This document shows, one piece after another, positions 8,802 to 17,637 of a DNA stretch of 64,000 bases (position 1 is the first letter of the stretch; the number at the start of each line of letters is the position of its first letter). Under the pieces are notes generated by a model, which was not told the DNA's origin, did no database searches, and saw nothing but the letters and a program-made list of their open reading frames with translations. Made by a program: the position numbers and the translations under genes. The stretch is from an uncultured Ignavibacteria bacterium (GTDB taxonomy: Bacteria > Bacteroidota > Ignavibacteria > Tepidaquicellales > OLB5), in contig CAMTUP010000015.1 in assembly GCA_947084945.1 (NCBI GenBank), positions 24,576 to 88,575 on the forward strand, read 5' to 3'.

Positions 8802-10835
8802 TTATTTTACTAATGTCATTTTCTTTACTTCAGAGAAGTTTCCAGCGGTTAGTCTGTAGAAATATATACCGCTTGAAAGGTTCTGAGCATTGAACATTAC
8901 ATTGTATGAACCGGGGTTTTGCACGTCATTTACTAAAGTCTGAACTTCCCTGCCTAATAGGTCATATATCTTCAATTCAACCTTCTGGGCATCAGCAATT
9001 GAATACTGTATCATTGTGCTGGGGTTAAACGGATTCGGGAAATTCTGTGTCAAGCTATATGAATACGGTGAATTATTTTCGGGTGAATTTTCTTCAGCAA
9101 ACAAAACATCAATCCTGTTATATACATTGGTAACAATAGGAAGCTCAACATATGAATTGCTGCTAAGATATACTGTATGGTCGCCATTTTTCATTGTAGG
9201 TAATACAAATGGGTTTGTACCAAAGAACTCAGCATCTGTATGCGCTTTATCAAGATTTGTTATTATGACCTGGATCTTGCTTCCTGCCTGGAAGATATGT
9301 GAATGTGCCTGACCTCTGAATGTAACCTGCCTTCTTGAGCCTTTGGTATAATTTCTATCTGTAAAATTAGCGCGGTTTACAAATCTTCTTTCTCCGCTTG
9401 CGAGTACTTCATATATCTGGTAATTAAACTGTGCGAATGTTTGAGCTGCTGATTTATAATCAAGCCTTACAACGGGTGTGCCTGTCCACTCAAGATTAGT
9501 TGTTAATGCAGATGAAAGAAACTTCACTGAATCTTTTTTGAATTTTGCATTAAAATTTGCTCCATTAAATTCATCATATACTGCCTGCTGCAATGTATAT
9601 CCTGAAGTTATTCTGTTCCTCAAAGTAACATTGTTATTGCCTGATTGAACTGTAGTTTTTAAGACACCATTCCTATTCAGGTAAAGTCTCATTGGAGTAG
9701 ATATATTTCTAAGGAGTGTTGTTGAGCTATCATGTGTAAATGAGAAATACTGATTATTTACAACCGGAAAATGTGTTGATGCATATTGATATTTTGCCTG
9801 GGTAAATATTGTTGTTTCCATTCCCCATAATGTCTGATAAAAGAAATTATTGAACCAATCCATATGCCAAATATCTTCTGTTAAAGATATATCGCTGCCA
9901 TGTCCGCGAACTGCGCCAAGGTATGATGTTAATGGAGCGTTTGTAATTTTATCAATATGCAGCATCCAGCCATCTGCATTAAAGAATTTATCCTGCCATG
10001 CTGCTTCTACAAGAACTGGAGTTGTTATATTTGGAAGTCCTGTTATAAAATCTCTATCGCGTGGAAGCCAGTAAGCCAGACTATCCCAATATTGTTTATT
10101 ATCTGCATATATCCAGTCGCTCATTCTGCTTACCTGTGAATTATACCTTGCTGTATCAGGTGTATATTCAATTGTCCATAATAATGTCATTTTTGTACAA
10201 CCGTTCTCTATCCAGCTTGAAGCAAAGTCCGGTGGAGCAACTGAATTAATAATTGCTGCAACCTGCATACCTCTGATTGCTGCTATTAATGGAAGCGCGC
10301 CGCCCTGTGAACCGCCCATAATAAGTATCTTAGATGGGTTTGAACCATTTACTGAATCAGCTTTTAACCATAAAACTATTTCTTTTAAGTCATCTGCTTC
10401 TAATGTACTTATTAGATTTGATTGTCCGGTTGAAAATCCCTGACCGCGGACACTGAATGTCATAGTGTAATAACCATATTCAGCCTGCGCACGGCAGAAA
10501 TCTGCAAGTGTTTCTTTGTTATCGCCATATCCGTGTACCATCATAACTGTCATCCAGCCACCTGCGGGGGGAGTAACTTCGGGTATAAATTTTAAGCAAT
10601 CAATAATAACACCATCACGCATTGTAATAGTGAAATCAGTGCGGTTTACAACTAAATTTGCATCACCTGTGCTGCTTGGGAGTAAATATGAGGGTGTCCA
10701 TGAATTAAGTTTACCGGGTTTACTCATTACCTTACTTTGTGTATAGATAACTTCGGTGTAAGACATAAAAAAAAGAGCCAATGATAAGCATATCATTAAA
10801 AGTCTCTTTGTGTTTCGGGTTTTAATAGCATTCAT
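8802..10835 (-). CDS. Secreted CocE/NonD (S15-like) alpha/beta hydrolase with T9SS C-terminal domain, paralog of 6402-8372
   Basis: 677 aa. Long blocks are near-identical to the 6402-8372 product (APPDFASSWIENGCTKMTLLWTIEYTPDTARY, HGYGDNKETLA, GGSQGG). The C-terminus is NFPNPFNPSTMIQYSI...SGIYFYRL...KKMTLVK. Confidence 0.8.
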   Translation of the reverse strand: MNAIKTRNTKRLLMICLSLALFFMSYTEVIYTQSKVMSKPGKLNSWTPSYLLPSSTGDANLVVNRTDFTITMRDGVIIDCLKFIPEVTPPAGGWMTVMMVHGYGDNKETLADFCRAQAEYGYYTMTFSVRGQGFSTGQSNLISTLEADDLKEIVLWLKADSVNGSNPSKILIMGGSQGGALPLIAAIRGMQVAAIINSVAPPDFASSWIENGCTKMTLLWTIEYTPDTARYNSQVSRMSDWIYADNKQYWDSLAYWLPRDRDFITGLPNITTPVLVEAAWQDKFFNADGWMLHIDKITNAPLTSYLGAVRGHGSDISLTEDIWHMDWFNNFFYQTLWGMETTIFTQAKYQYASTHFPVVNNQYFSFTHDSSTTLLRNISTPMRLYLNRNGVLKTTVQSGNNNVTLRNRITSGYTLQQAVYDEFNGANFNAKFKKDSVKFLSSALTTNLEWTGTPVVRLDYKSAAQTFAQFNYQIYEVLASGERRFVNRANFTDRNYTKGSRRQVTFRGQAHSHIFQAGSKIQVIITNLDKAHTDAEFFGTNPFVLPTMKNGDHTVYLSSNSYVELPIVTNVYNRIDVLFAEENSPENNSPYSYSLTQNFPNPFNPSTMIQYSIADAQKVELKIYDLLGREVQTLVNDVQNPGSYNVMFNAQNLSSGIYFYRLTAGNFSEVKKMTLVK

Positions 10836-10878
10836 CTTTATAGATGTCCTTTCAGAATAGATTAGTTATTGATTAAAA

Positions 10879-11044
10879 ATAATCTTTTCTGCTATCGCAT
10901 TCCCTACGAATTAGTATGTTACAAATATAGCCTCTTGTCCACTCCTAAAACAATCGTAAACTTAAGTAAATCTGTAATTACACTCTAAACCTAATTAATC
11001 ATACTTTCACTGTATAACGAAAAAACCTATATTATCTAACGTAT
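10879..11044 (-). repeat. Copy 1 of a ~165-bp promoter/leader repeat (partner at 20188-20351)
   Basis: Aligns by eye in direct orientation with 20188-20351. A ~75-nt core is almost identical (cgttatacagtgaaagtatgaWtaattaggtttagagtgtaattacaKatttacttaagtttacgattgttttagg on the minus strand). It lies immediately upstream of the ATG at 10835. Confidence 0.85.
10923..10930 (-). promoter_or_regulatory. Candidate Bacteroidetes-type -7 box (TAnnTTTG)
   Basis: Minus strand reads TATATTTG, with a TTG about 21 nt upstream (gaTTGttttagg). It is conserved in both repeat copies and lies about 85 nt upstream of the ATG. Confidence 0.4.
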
Positions 11045-11184
11045 GAGGGTGAGGATTGAGATGAAGGAGTCTTTTGGGAAGTTAAAAGTGGCGATATTAG
11101 CGTTTTTTTGAGTATGCGGGAAAAGTACTAAAAACAGTCAACTTTTAAGCCTGCTAGAGTAGAAAAGCGACCATGTCTAAGACA

Positions 11185-11219
11185 GGTGAAGACTGCATAA
11201 AGCGCAGAAAGCCTTCACC
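11185..11219. other. Nested stem-loop in a noncoding junction
   Basis: ggtgaag-a-ctgc-ataaagc-gcag-aaagc-cttcacc: outer 7-bp and inner 4-bp complementary arms. Confidence 0.45.
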
Positions 11220-11232
11220 ACTGAGGTTCACG

Positions 11233-11254
11233 GAGGACACAGAGGACACAGAGG
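11233..11254. repeat. Short tandem repeat, 9-nt unit gaggacaca, about 2.4 copies
   Basis: Read directly: gaggacaca gaggacaca gagg. Confidence 0.7.
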
Positions 11255-11266
11255 TATGCAATATTT

Positions 11267-11292
11267 CTTTGTTGGTGACAACACCAACAAAG
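11267..11292. other. Perfect 11-bp hairpin just upstream of the first rhs fragment
   Basis: ctttgttggtg-acaa-caccaacaaag. No flanking T run on either strand, so it is not a classical terminator. Confidence 0.7.
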
Positions 11293-11329
11293 GGCTAAAA
11301 TTTTCTATATTTATGATAACTCAAACAGA

Positions 11330-12835
11330 TTGTTAAAAACACAAAATGATGATGGAAATAATACATCAACATTTAACATTATCAACGGCTATGATAAAGA
11401 CGGCAATTTTGTAGGCATGAAGCGTTATGGCTCGTCTAATAATCTTGCAGATAATTTTACTTATACATATTTTAGCGGTACTAATAAACTGCAAAAGGTA
11501 ACAGGACAGATGAACGATGATTACAGCTATGATGCAAATGGCAATGTTACATATGATAATGTTAATAAAAATACCGAAATTAAATATGATCACCGCAATT
11601 TGATGATAGAAAACAAAAATATTTCATCACTTAATACATACCGGACATTATACCGATACGATGAAGCAGGTAACAGGATAAGTAAAAAGCAATATCTCTA
11701 TATAAACTCTCCCCCGCCCGGAGGTATTGTCCGAAGGACTCCTCTCGGAGAAGGAATTGAAAGCGGTACTGGATATGGTGACAGCATTATAGTAGATGTA
11801 GGCGACGGAAGCGGTTACTGGTCTTTGGTTGGCAATACGTATTATGTCCGCGATGTTTCAGGTAAAGAAATTGCAATATATTCAGGAAGTTCTTTAACTC
11901 AATGGAATATTTGGGGACTTGATAACGTGGGTAAGATTAATTCAGATACTACTCGCAATTATTACCTGAAAGACCATTTGGGAAGCGTAAGAGTAGTTTT
12001 GAACAGTACTAATACAGTAATCTCTGCTCAAGACTATGATTGTTGGGGCTATTTACTTGAAGGGCGAACTTATGAATCCGTGTCATCAGTTAATCAGCGA
12101 TACAAATTTACCGGTAAAGAAAGAGATAGAGATTTAGAAAGTAATTATGATTATTTTGGTGCGAGGTATTATGATAGCAGGATAGGAAGGTGGGGCGGAG
12201 TTGAGCCAAAATATGATAAGTATGTAGGAGTAACACCATATAATTATTCCTTAAACAATCCTATAATAATGATTGATCCAAACGGTAAAGATCCATATAG
12301 GAAGTATCTTGTATCCTTGCAAACAATCTCAAATAATATCAGTTCATTTGGTGATGCAAAATCTAATTCATTGGGTGCTGTACAATCTTTTTATGATATA
12401 GCATCATTTTATAATGATACTAAATATCGTTATACTTTTACTGAAAAATCAGGATTTATTGATTTGAAGCATTTCTTTGCTTCTGCTGGTTTAGTTGCTT
12501 TAAGTCTAGCAAAAAATAAAGCTGAAAATTATGGATTTTTATATGAAGTATTACAAGACTTAGGAATTGCTGATGAAAATTCGGCATACGATCCGGAAGA
12601 TTTGCCTTCAAATAAATTAGGTGCTGAATTTGGTGAGTATTTTGCAAATAGTGAATTAACTTTAGAAGAAGCGTTTGTGGAATTTATGAAAGAGCAAGGT
12701 TCTAAAGATTTGGATGAATCATATTTCAGCATTTGGTATATACCATATGACGAAAATAGCAGACCTTTAGAAAGAAGCAGGTCAAATAGCCCATTTTACG
12801 GTGAAAGAGTCCGAAAAAATTATCTTGAAAATTAA
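11330..12835 (+). CDS. 5'-truncated RHS/YD-repeat protein: about 320 aa of repeat/core plus a 181-aa C-terminal toxin-like domain (CT1, unknown family)
   Basis: YD repeats (YSYDANGNVTYD, YRYDEAGNRISK) are followed by RHS-core-end motifs YYLKDHLGSVRVV, YDCWGY, YKFTGKERD, NYDYFGARYYDSRIGRW and PYNYSLNNPIIMIDPNGK (DPNG at 12275-12286). The frame opens only at 11321, and the track start is a TTG. A full Rhs shell would need well over 1000 additional N-terminal residues. Confidence 0.85.
   Translation: MLKTQNDDGNNTSTFNIINGYDKDGNFVGMKRYGSSNNLADNFTYTYFSGTNKLQKVTGQMNDDYSYDANGNVTYDNVNKNTEIKYDHRNLMIENKNISSLNTYRTLYRYDEAGNRISKKQYLYINSPPPGGIVRRTPLGEGIESGTGYGDSIIVDVGDGSGYWSLVGNTYYVRDVSGKEIAIYSGSSLTQWNIWGLDNVGKINSDTTRNYYLKDHLGSVRVVLNSTNTVISAQDYDCWGYLLEGRTYESVSSVNQRYKFTGKERDRDLESNYDYFGARYYDSRIGRWGGVEPKYDKYVGVTPYNYSLNNPIIMIDPNGKDPYRKYLVSLQTISNNISSFGDAKSNSLGAVQSFYDIASFYNDTKYRYTFTEKSGFIDLKHFFASAGLVALSLAKNKAENYGFLYEVLQDLGIADENSAYDPEDLPSNKLGAEFGEYFANSELTLEEAFVEFMKEQGSKDLDESYFSIWYIPYDENSRPLERSRSNSPFYGERVRKNYLEN
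11729..11749. repeat. Palindromic element gtccgaaggactcctctcgga, in frame (encodes VRRTPLG)
   Basis: Arms tccgaagga / tcctctcgga are complementary apart from a 1-nt bulge. The same element occurs at 15253-15272 and 19493-19512. Confidence 0.7.
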
Positions 12836-12837
12836 AA

Positions 12838-13404
12838 ATGATGATAAAAAAAATTATTATCATAGTACTCTTTTTTGGGGTGGTATATCTATTAAGAATA
12901 TTTCTACTAAATATTCCATTTATTGGGTGGGCTTACGAAGCCTTTGAAATTAAGATTTCCGTTTTCCTATATAATTTTGTTACGAATCCGATTTTAGTAT
13001 CCACATCAGTAATTATTATTATATTAACAAACGTAATTTTATTTAAGAAAAATATTGGTTGGAAATATATTTACATTCAATTTATTCTTTATGTAATTTT
13101 GTTGTTTTGGATTTATGAAGGTTTTAGAATTGAAAATTTAATTTCTTTAGGAAAGAAAATCACTATAGAAGTTGAAAAAGTATTTGCCACTGATAATAAA
13201 TTGCCTCAAAATCTTGACGATATTACCAAGTATAATTTTGATCAAAATGAAGCATCGCAAATAAAAGAAAATTTCAAATATGAACTGGATTTTGCTCAGC
13301 CTATTCCTAAGTATGGATATAAATTGGATTTAGAACCTACTTTTCTAAAATACCATAGGTTTGTATGTAAGCCTTGGACGAAAAAGTTTATAATGTTTGA
13401 TTAA
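12838..13404 (+). CDS. Putative immunity protein 1 (polytopic membrane N-half, soluble C-half)
   Basis: ATG lies 2 nt after the CT1 stop; 188 aa. Hydrophobic segments are IIIIVLFFGVVYLL, ILVSTSVIIIILTNVILF and YIYIQFILYVILLFWIY. The immunity call rests on position only. Confidence 0.55.
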   Translation: MMIKKIIIIVLFFGVVYLLRIFLLNIPFIGWAYEAFEIKISVFLYNFVTNPILVSTSVIIIILTNVILFKKNIGWKYIYIQFILYVILLFWIYEGFRIENLISLGKKITIEVEKVFATDNKLPQNLDDITKYNFDQNEASQIKENFKYELDFAQPIPKYGYKLDLEPTFLKYHRFVCKPWTKKFIMFD

Positions 13405-14470
13405 TAATTTTGTCTGTATACAAATTGATGTAGGCGACGGAAGCGGTTACTGGTCTTTGGTTAGCAATACGTATTATGTCCGTGATATTTCAGGTAAAGA
13501 AATTGCAATATATTCAGGAAGTTCTTTAACTCAATGGAATATTTGGGGACTTGATAACGTGGGTAAGATTAATTCAGATACTACTCGCAATTATTACCTA
13601 AAAGACCATTTGGGAAGTATAAGAGTAGTTTTGAACAGTACTAATACGGTTATCAGTGCCAATGATTATGATTGCTGGGGTTATCCACTGGAAAACCGTA
13701 CTTACCAGCCTGAGAACAGTAAATATAAGTTTACCGGTAAGGAAAGAGATAAAGATTTGGAGAATAATTACGATTACTTCGGGGTGAGATATTATGACAG
13801 CAGGATTGGTAGATGGGGAGGTGTTGAGCCGTTGTTGGATAATAATATTAGTTTTACCCCATATAATTACTGTAAAAATAATCCTGTAATATTTATTGAT
13901 CCAAATGGCGCATGGGATGAATATGTAAATGAAGCGGGCAAGTATCTTGGCTCAGATAATGATCCGAATTCAAATGAAGTGAGAGTTACGAGTGACGAAG
14001 AGTGGAATCAAACAAATTCAAAACAATCATCAAGTGAAGAAAAGAGAAATGAACTTCAGTCTAGAAGCACCCTTTTGAATGAGTACAAGTTTGGAATATC
14101 AATTTCTGAGCAAACTTGGAATGTCTTGGAATCACAAAATGTTGAACGGTTAGATCCCTATGTTATAAACCAAAGTGATTATACTATTTATTATAAGCCC
14201 GAAGAAGGTGACTTACCATGGCCAATTGCTCCACATACCGATTTGTATACAAGGGTAGATGGTTTAAATACCCCATGGATATCTGACGGAAATGTTTACA
14301 AAGTTCCAGATTATTATAGGACTGTAGTTAACTCAAAAGGTGTACCAGATATAAGAGGCATTCCATTAGAAATAATAGGTGAAGTTGTTTCAAAAATAAG
14401 ACCACTGCTTGGCGAAATTAAATCACCTGGTTCTGATTGGAACAACCTAAGGGATGTATACAAAAAATGA
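13397..14470 (+). CDS. Orphan RHS core-end fragment fused to C-terminal toxin-like domain CT2 (186 aa, unknown family)
   Basis: Nucleotide homology to the first fragment starts at about 13427 (DVGDGSGYWSLV...). The stretches 11856-11967 and 13488-13599 are identical over 112 nt. The DPNG boundary is at 13898-13909, then unrelated sequence. The track start is a TTG inside the preceding gene, probably not a real start. Confidence 0.8.
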   Translation: MINNFVCIQIDVGDGSGYWSLVSNTYYVRDISGKEIAIYSGSSLTQWNIWGLDNVGKINSDTTRNYYLKDHLGSIRVVLNSTNTVISANDYDCWGYPLENRTYQPENSKYKFTGKERDKDLENNYDYFGVRYYDSRIGRWGGVEPLLDNNISFTPYNYCKNNPVIFIDPNGAWDEYVNEAGKYLGSDNDPNSNEVRVTSDEEWNQTNSKQSSSEEKRNELQSRSTLLNEYKFGISISEQTWNVLESQNVERLDPYVINQSDYTIYYKPEEGDLPWPIAPHTDLYTRVDGLNTPWISDGNVYKVPDYYRTVVNSKGVPDIRGIPLEIIGEVVSKIRPLLGEIKSPGSDWNNLRDVYKK

Positions 14471-14820
14471 AAAAACTAAAAAATATCTTAGGTTTTAGTG
14501 TTTATATACCATTAATATTTCCAATTGCTTTATATTCTTATTATTTAAGAATTTATATCATATTAGGTCATATTCCTGAAATTAAGAATAAAGATGAGTT
14601 TAATATTACCATGAACTTGCATAGTTTATTAGTATTCAATTCATTTACATTTACTTTTTTAATAGTTTTTATTAATATTTTGTTGATAATTATATGTATC
14701 ATAAAATTAAAGAATAGACCCGATAATTCAATATTAATAGGCTTTACAATTAGTACATTAATTTGGGCTATAGTAGTAATATTTGATCCATTTGGCATTT
14801 TTAGTTGGATTGTAGGTTAA
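14467..14820 (+). CDS. Putative immunity protein 2 (small polytopic membrane protein)
   Basis: ATGA start/stop overlap with CT2. MKKLKNILGFSVYIPLIFPIALYSYYL..., with three strongly hydrophobic segments; 117 aa. Confidence 0.55.
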   Translation: MKKLKNILGFSVYIPLIFPIALYSYYLRIYIILGHIPEIKNKDEFNITMNLHSLLVFNSFTFTFLIVFINILLIIICIIKLKNRPDNSILIGFTISTLIWAIVVIFDPFGIFSWIVG

Positions 14821-14862
14821 TTTTTCCCCTGTTCCTACCAACAACGGCGTAAGACCCGCTGG

Positions 14863-15983
14863 AAATACACAGGTGGTTCCCCTAACCCGGTGTATGATGA
14901 GGATAGCCCAAGTTGGATTTTGCAGAGCGATGAATTTTATGTAAGAGATATTTCAGGTAAAGAAATTGCAATATATAACGGTTCAAGCTTAACACAATGG
15001 AATATTTGGGGACTTGATAATATAGGAAAAATAAACGCTGATACTACACGAAATTATTATTTGAAAGATCATTTGGGAAGCGTAAGAGTAGTTTTGAACA
15101 GTACTAATACAGTAATCTCTGCTCAAGACTATGATTGTTGGGGCTATATACTTGAAGGGCGAACTTATGAATCTGTGTCATCAGTTAATCAGCGATACAA
15201 GTTTACGGGCAAAGAAAGAGATAAAGATTTAGAAAGTAATTATGATTATTTTGTCCGAAGGACTCCTTTGGAGGCGCAAGGTATTATGATAGCAGGATAG
15301 CCAATTGGACAAGCACTGACCCGCTCTTTGAAAAGCATTTTGATTATTCACCGTATAATTATGTACTCAGGTGTCCTACTGTTTTACTGGATCCTGATGG
15401 AAAACAAATTAGATTTTCAAATGATGCATCACTCAGAAATAATGAGTTGCAATCATTAAAAAATACGTTACCTGGAAAATATTCCGAAAATGTTAATTAC
15501 ATTCAAGATGAAAAAGGAAATTACATCTTAGATGCTGTACTTCTAGAAAAGGCATCAACTGACTCGAATCCTGAAGAGTACAATCGATTAATGGACATTG
15601 CAAAGTTTAATGAAATTACTGACATAAAGGCATGGAATAATGAACCAATATCATACGATAAAGGTACATTTACTCTCGGTACATTTAAAGATGAAAACGG
15701 AAGTAAGAAATTAAGAGCTGGTTATACCTTAGTCTCAGGTAAAGTAGACAATCCAAGTGAAAATAAAGATTTATCTACAAGCGGTAATAACGAAGTGTAT
15801 TACTTATGGCTTATGAACGAAACTTCAGTTGCTAGCACATTAGCCCATGAATTGTATGTTCATGTTTGGAATTATATTAAAGGAACAGGGTATACACATC
15901 AAGATGAAAATATAAATAATCAGTCAGAATATTTTGAAAGTAAAGCTAAACAAAACTATGAAGAACGTAAAAATGAAAAATAA
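14863..15983 (+). pseudogene. Orphan RHS core-end + CT3 toxin-like domain, frameshifted by a 20-nt insertion
   Basis: Track ORFs 14890-15300 and 15447-15983 are two halves of one module. Reading ...NYDYF, then the insertion at 15253-15272, the text resumes in the other frame as GARYYDSRIANWTSTDPLFEKHFDYSPYNYVLRCPTVLLDPDGKQ (DPDG at 15390-15401). Deleting the 20 nt restores a single 357-codon frame from 14890. Confidence 0.8.
15253..15272. repeat. 20-nt palindromic insertion gtccgaaggactcctttgga disrupting cassette 3
   Basis: Cassette 4 reads gattattttggcgcaag at the same site, whereas cassette 3 reads gattatttt[gtccgaaggactcctttgga]ggcgcaag. The arms tccgaagga / tcctttgga pair with one G-T. 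Confidence 0.75.
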
Positions 15984-16620
15984 GACAATTTTCGTAAGTT
16001 TCTTTTTTATTTTACTTTCATCACATACTATAATGATTATAAGTGATGACTTGGTTGAACTAAAGGTACTGCCAAATAGAATAAGCAATAACTTAGTTTG
16101 TGAATCCATAATGTATTCAATTACAAATAATTATTCGGATACAATAGTTACTTTTAGTGATGTATTTATAGAGGGCTTGACTGATACTATATCTATATTC
16201 CCAATGTCAAGTATGTTTGCACCAAACCTCGCAATATTAAAGTCACCTAATAACTCACGTTTATTTGTTGATGGTTATTTTGAAATACTTTTTTATCAAT
16301 TTCCGAATTTGTTGGTCATTCCACCAGGTGCAACAAAAGTAATTAATCTGAATATTGCCAATTACAAAACAATTTTAAGTCAAGACATATGGAATATAAC
16401 TGGTATAATTTCGGTTGCACATAAATATGATATTGACACTATTGTCTCAATTAATTATCCCAAAAGATATAGTGAATATGTTAGAGCATTAGATTATCAA
16501 GATACAGTTTATATTTATTCAAAAACTACAGGTTCTATTAATTCAATATATAAAAACGAAAGTTTAGAGCAAATTAATTTAATAAAAGAGGCATTTAAGT
16601 TTAGGTATTATTCAAAGTAA
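15973..16620 (+). CDS. Putative immunity protein 3 (signal peptide or N-terminal anchor plus soluble domain)
   Basis: The ATG at 15973 overlaps the CT3 stop region (aaaATGaaaaaTAA). MKNKTIFVSFFFILLSSHTIMII..., 215 aa. The track ORF starts earlier, at 15934. Confidence 0.5.
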   Translation: MKNKTIFVSFFFILLSSHTIMIISDDLVELKVLPNRISNNLVCESIMYSITNNYSDTIVTFSDVFIEGLTDTISIFPMSSMFAPNLAILKSPNNSRLFVDGYFEILFYQFPNLLVIPPGATKVINLNIANYKTILSQDIWNITGIISVAHKYDIDTIVSINYPKRYSEYVRALDYQDTVYIYSKTTGSINSIYKNESLEQINLIKEAFKFRYYSK

Positions 16621-16705
16621 TCCAAATACACAGAAAGCACACCTGACCGGTGTTTGATGTTTCGGGTGATTCACCGCCATGGACACTGCAGAGTGATGAG
16701 TATTA

Positions 16706-16735
16706 ACTGTCTTCGCCACGGCTCAACCAGTCAAG
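16706..16735. other. 30-nt insertion creating an in-frame TAA in the core-homology part of cassette 4
   Basis: Cassette 3 reads cagagcgatgaattttatgtaagagat. Cassette 4 reads cagagtgatgagtatta[actgtcttcgccacggctcaaccagtcaag]tgttagagat. The stop codon is at 16704-16706. Confidence 0.6.
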
Positions 16736-16802
16736 TGTTAGAGATGTTAGCGGTAAGGAAATAGCGATATACTCAGGAAGCTCATTAACGCAATGGAATA
16801 TC

Positions 16803-17633
16803 TTGGGCTTGGATAATGTTGGCAAGATTAATGCCGATACCACAAGAAATTATTATTTAAAAGATCATTTGGGAAGCGTAAGAGTAGTTTTGAACAGTAC
16901 TAATACGGTTATTAGTGCCAATGATTACGACTGTTGGGGTTATTTACTTGAAGGGCGAACTTATGAATCTGTGTCATCAGTTAATCAGCGATACAAGTTT
17001 ACGGGCAAAGAACGGGATAGAGATTTAGAAAGTAATTATGATTATTTTGGCGCAAGATATTATGATTCACGTATAGCCAACTGGACAAGCATTGACCCGC
17101 TCTTTGAAAAGCATTTTGATTACTCGCCGTATAATTATGTGTTGAGAAACCCGTTAGTGTTGATTGACCCGGATGGGAAGCAAGTAGATATAAAAGAACT
17201 ATCAGACCCTATATATCATATTAACAAAGAAGTGGGATTTATTTATGATTATGCAATCTCTGTGAATAATAAATTAGCAGAGCAAAGCAAAAAATTAAAT
17301 AATACTGCAAAAGAATGGATTCCTAAGTTTGCTTTTAGAAAAGGAGTTGAAATTGCCATGGAATTTGTTGCTTTAAAACTTCAAATGGAAGCAAAATTTA
17401 TGATTAAAATAACTGGTGTTGTGTTACAGCTAGCATTAGATACTAGAGAACTGGGTCCAAAATCGGAACAAGATAAAATGGATGAAATAAATGAAGAGGT
17501 ATATGGTAAAAAGAAGAGAATTGACGAAAATAATGACAAAAAAGAAGAAAAGAAGGAAGAAAAAAAACAAGAAAGCAAAAACACTGAATATAATAAAATT
17601 AAGTTAATACCATTTAAAATTTTTGGGTTTTAA
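16803..17633 (+). CDS. Orphan RHS core-end fragment fused to CT4 (151 aa, hydrophobic helix plus K/E-rich tail)
   Basis: Core homology actually begins at 16624, 4 nt after the preceding stop, but is interrupted by the 16706-16735 insertion. The frame is open from 16707. The core end is ...NYDYFGARYYDSRIANWTSIDPLFEKHFDYSPYNYVLRNPLVLIDPDGKQ (DPDG at 17166-17177). Confidence 0.75.
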   Translation: MGLDNVGKINADTTRNYYLKDHLGSVRVVLNSTNTVISANDYDCWGYLLEGRTYESVSSVNQRYKFTGKERDRDLESNYDYFGARYYDSRIANWTSIDPLFEKHFDYSPYNYVLRNPLVLIDPDGKQVDIKELSDPIYHINKEVGFIYDYAISVNNKLAEQSKKLNNTAKEWIPKFAFRKGVEIAMEFVALKLQMEAKFMIKITGVVLQLALDTRELGPKSEQDKMDEINEEVYGKKKRIDENNDKKEEKKEEKKQESKNTEYNKIKLIPFKIFGF

Positions 17634-17637
17634 ATCT

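Noticed and set aside
7640-10746. Plus-strand ORFs inside the two S15 hydrolase genes (7640-7903, 7741-7974, 8071-8280, 9016-9312, 9850-10249, 10516-10746)
   Set aside because: They are antisense shadows. The paralogous pair conserves the minus-strand reading frame, not these.
10879-11044. The ~165-bp repeat as a MITE or IS end
   Set aside because: I saw no terminal inverted repeats, target-site duplication or transposase. Both copies sit at the same distance from a start codon and contain a promoter box, so a shared promoter/leader is the simpler reading.
11233-11254. The gaggacaca tandem repeat as a coding or functional repeat
   Set aside because: There are only about 2.4 units and no ORF. 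I have a vague recollection of similar cacagagg-type strings in other genomes but cannot substantiate it, so it is reported only as part of the junction region.
17381-17584. Minus-strand S/F-rich 67-aa ORF
   Set aside because: It is the complement of the K/E-rich tail of CT4, a low-complexity artefact.
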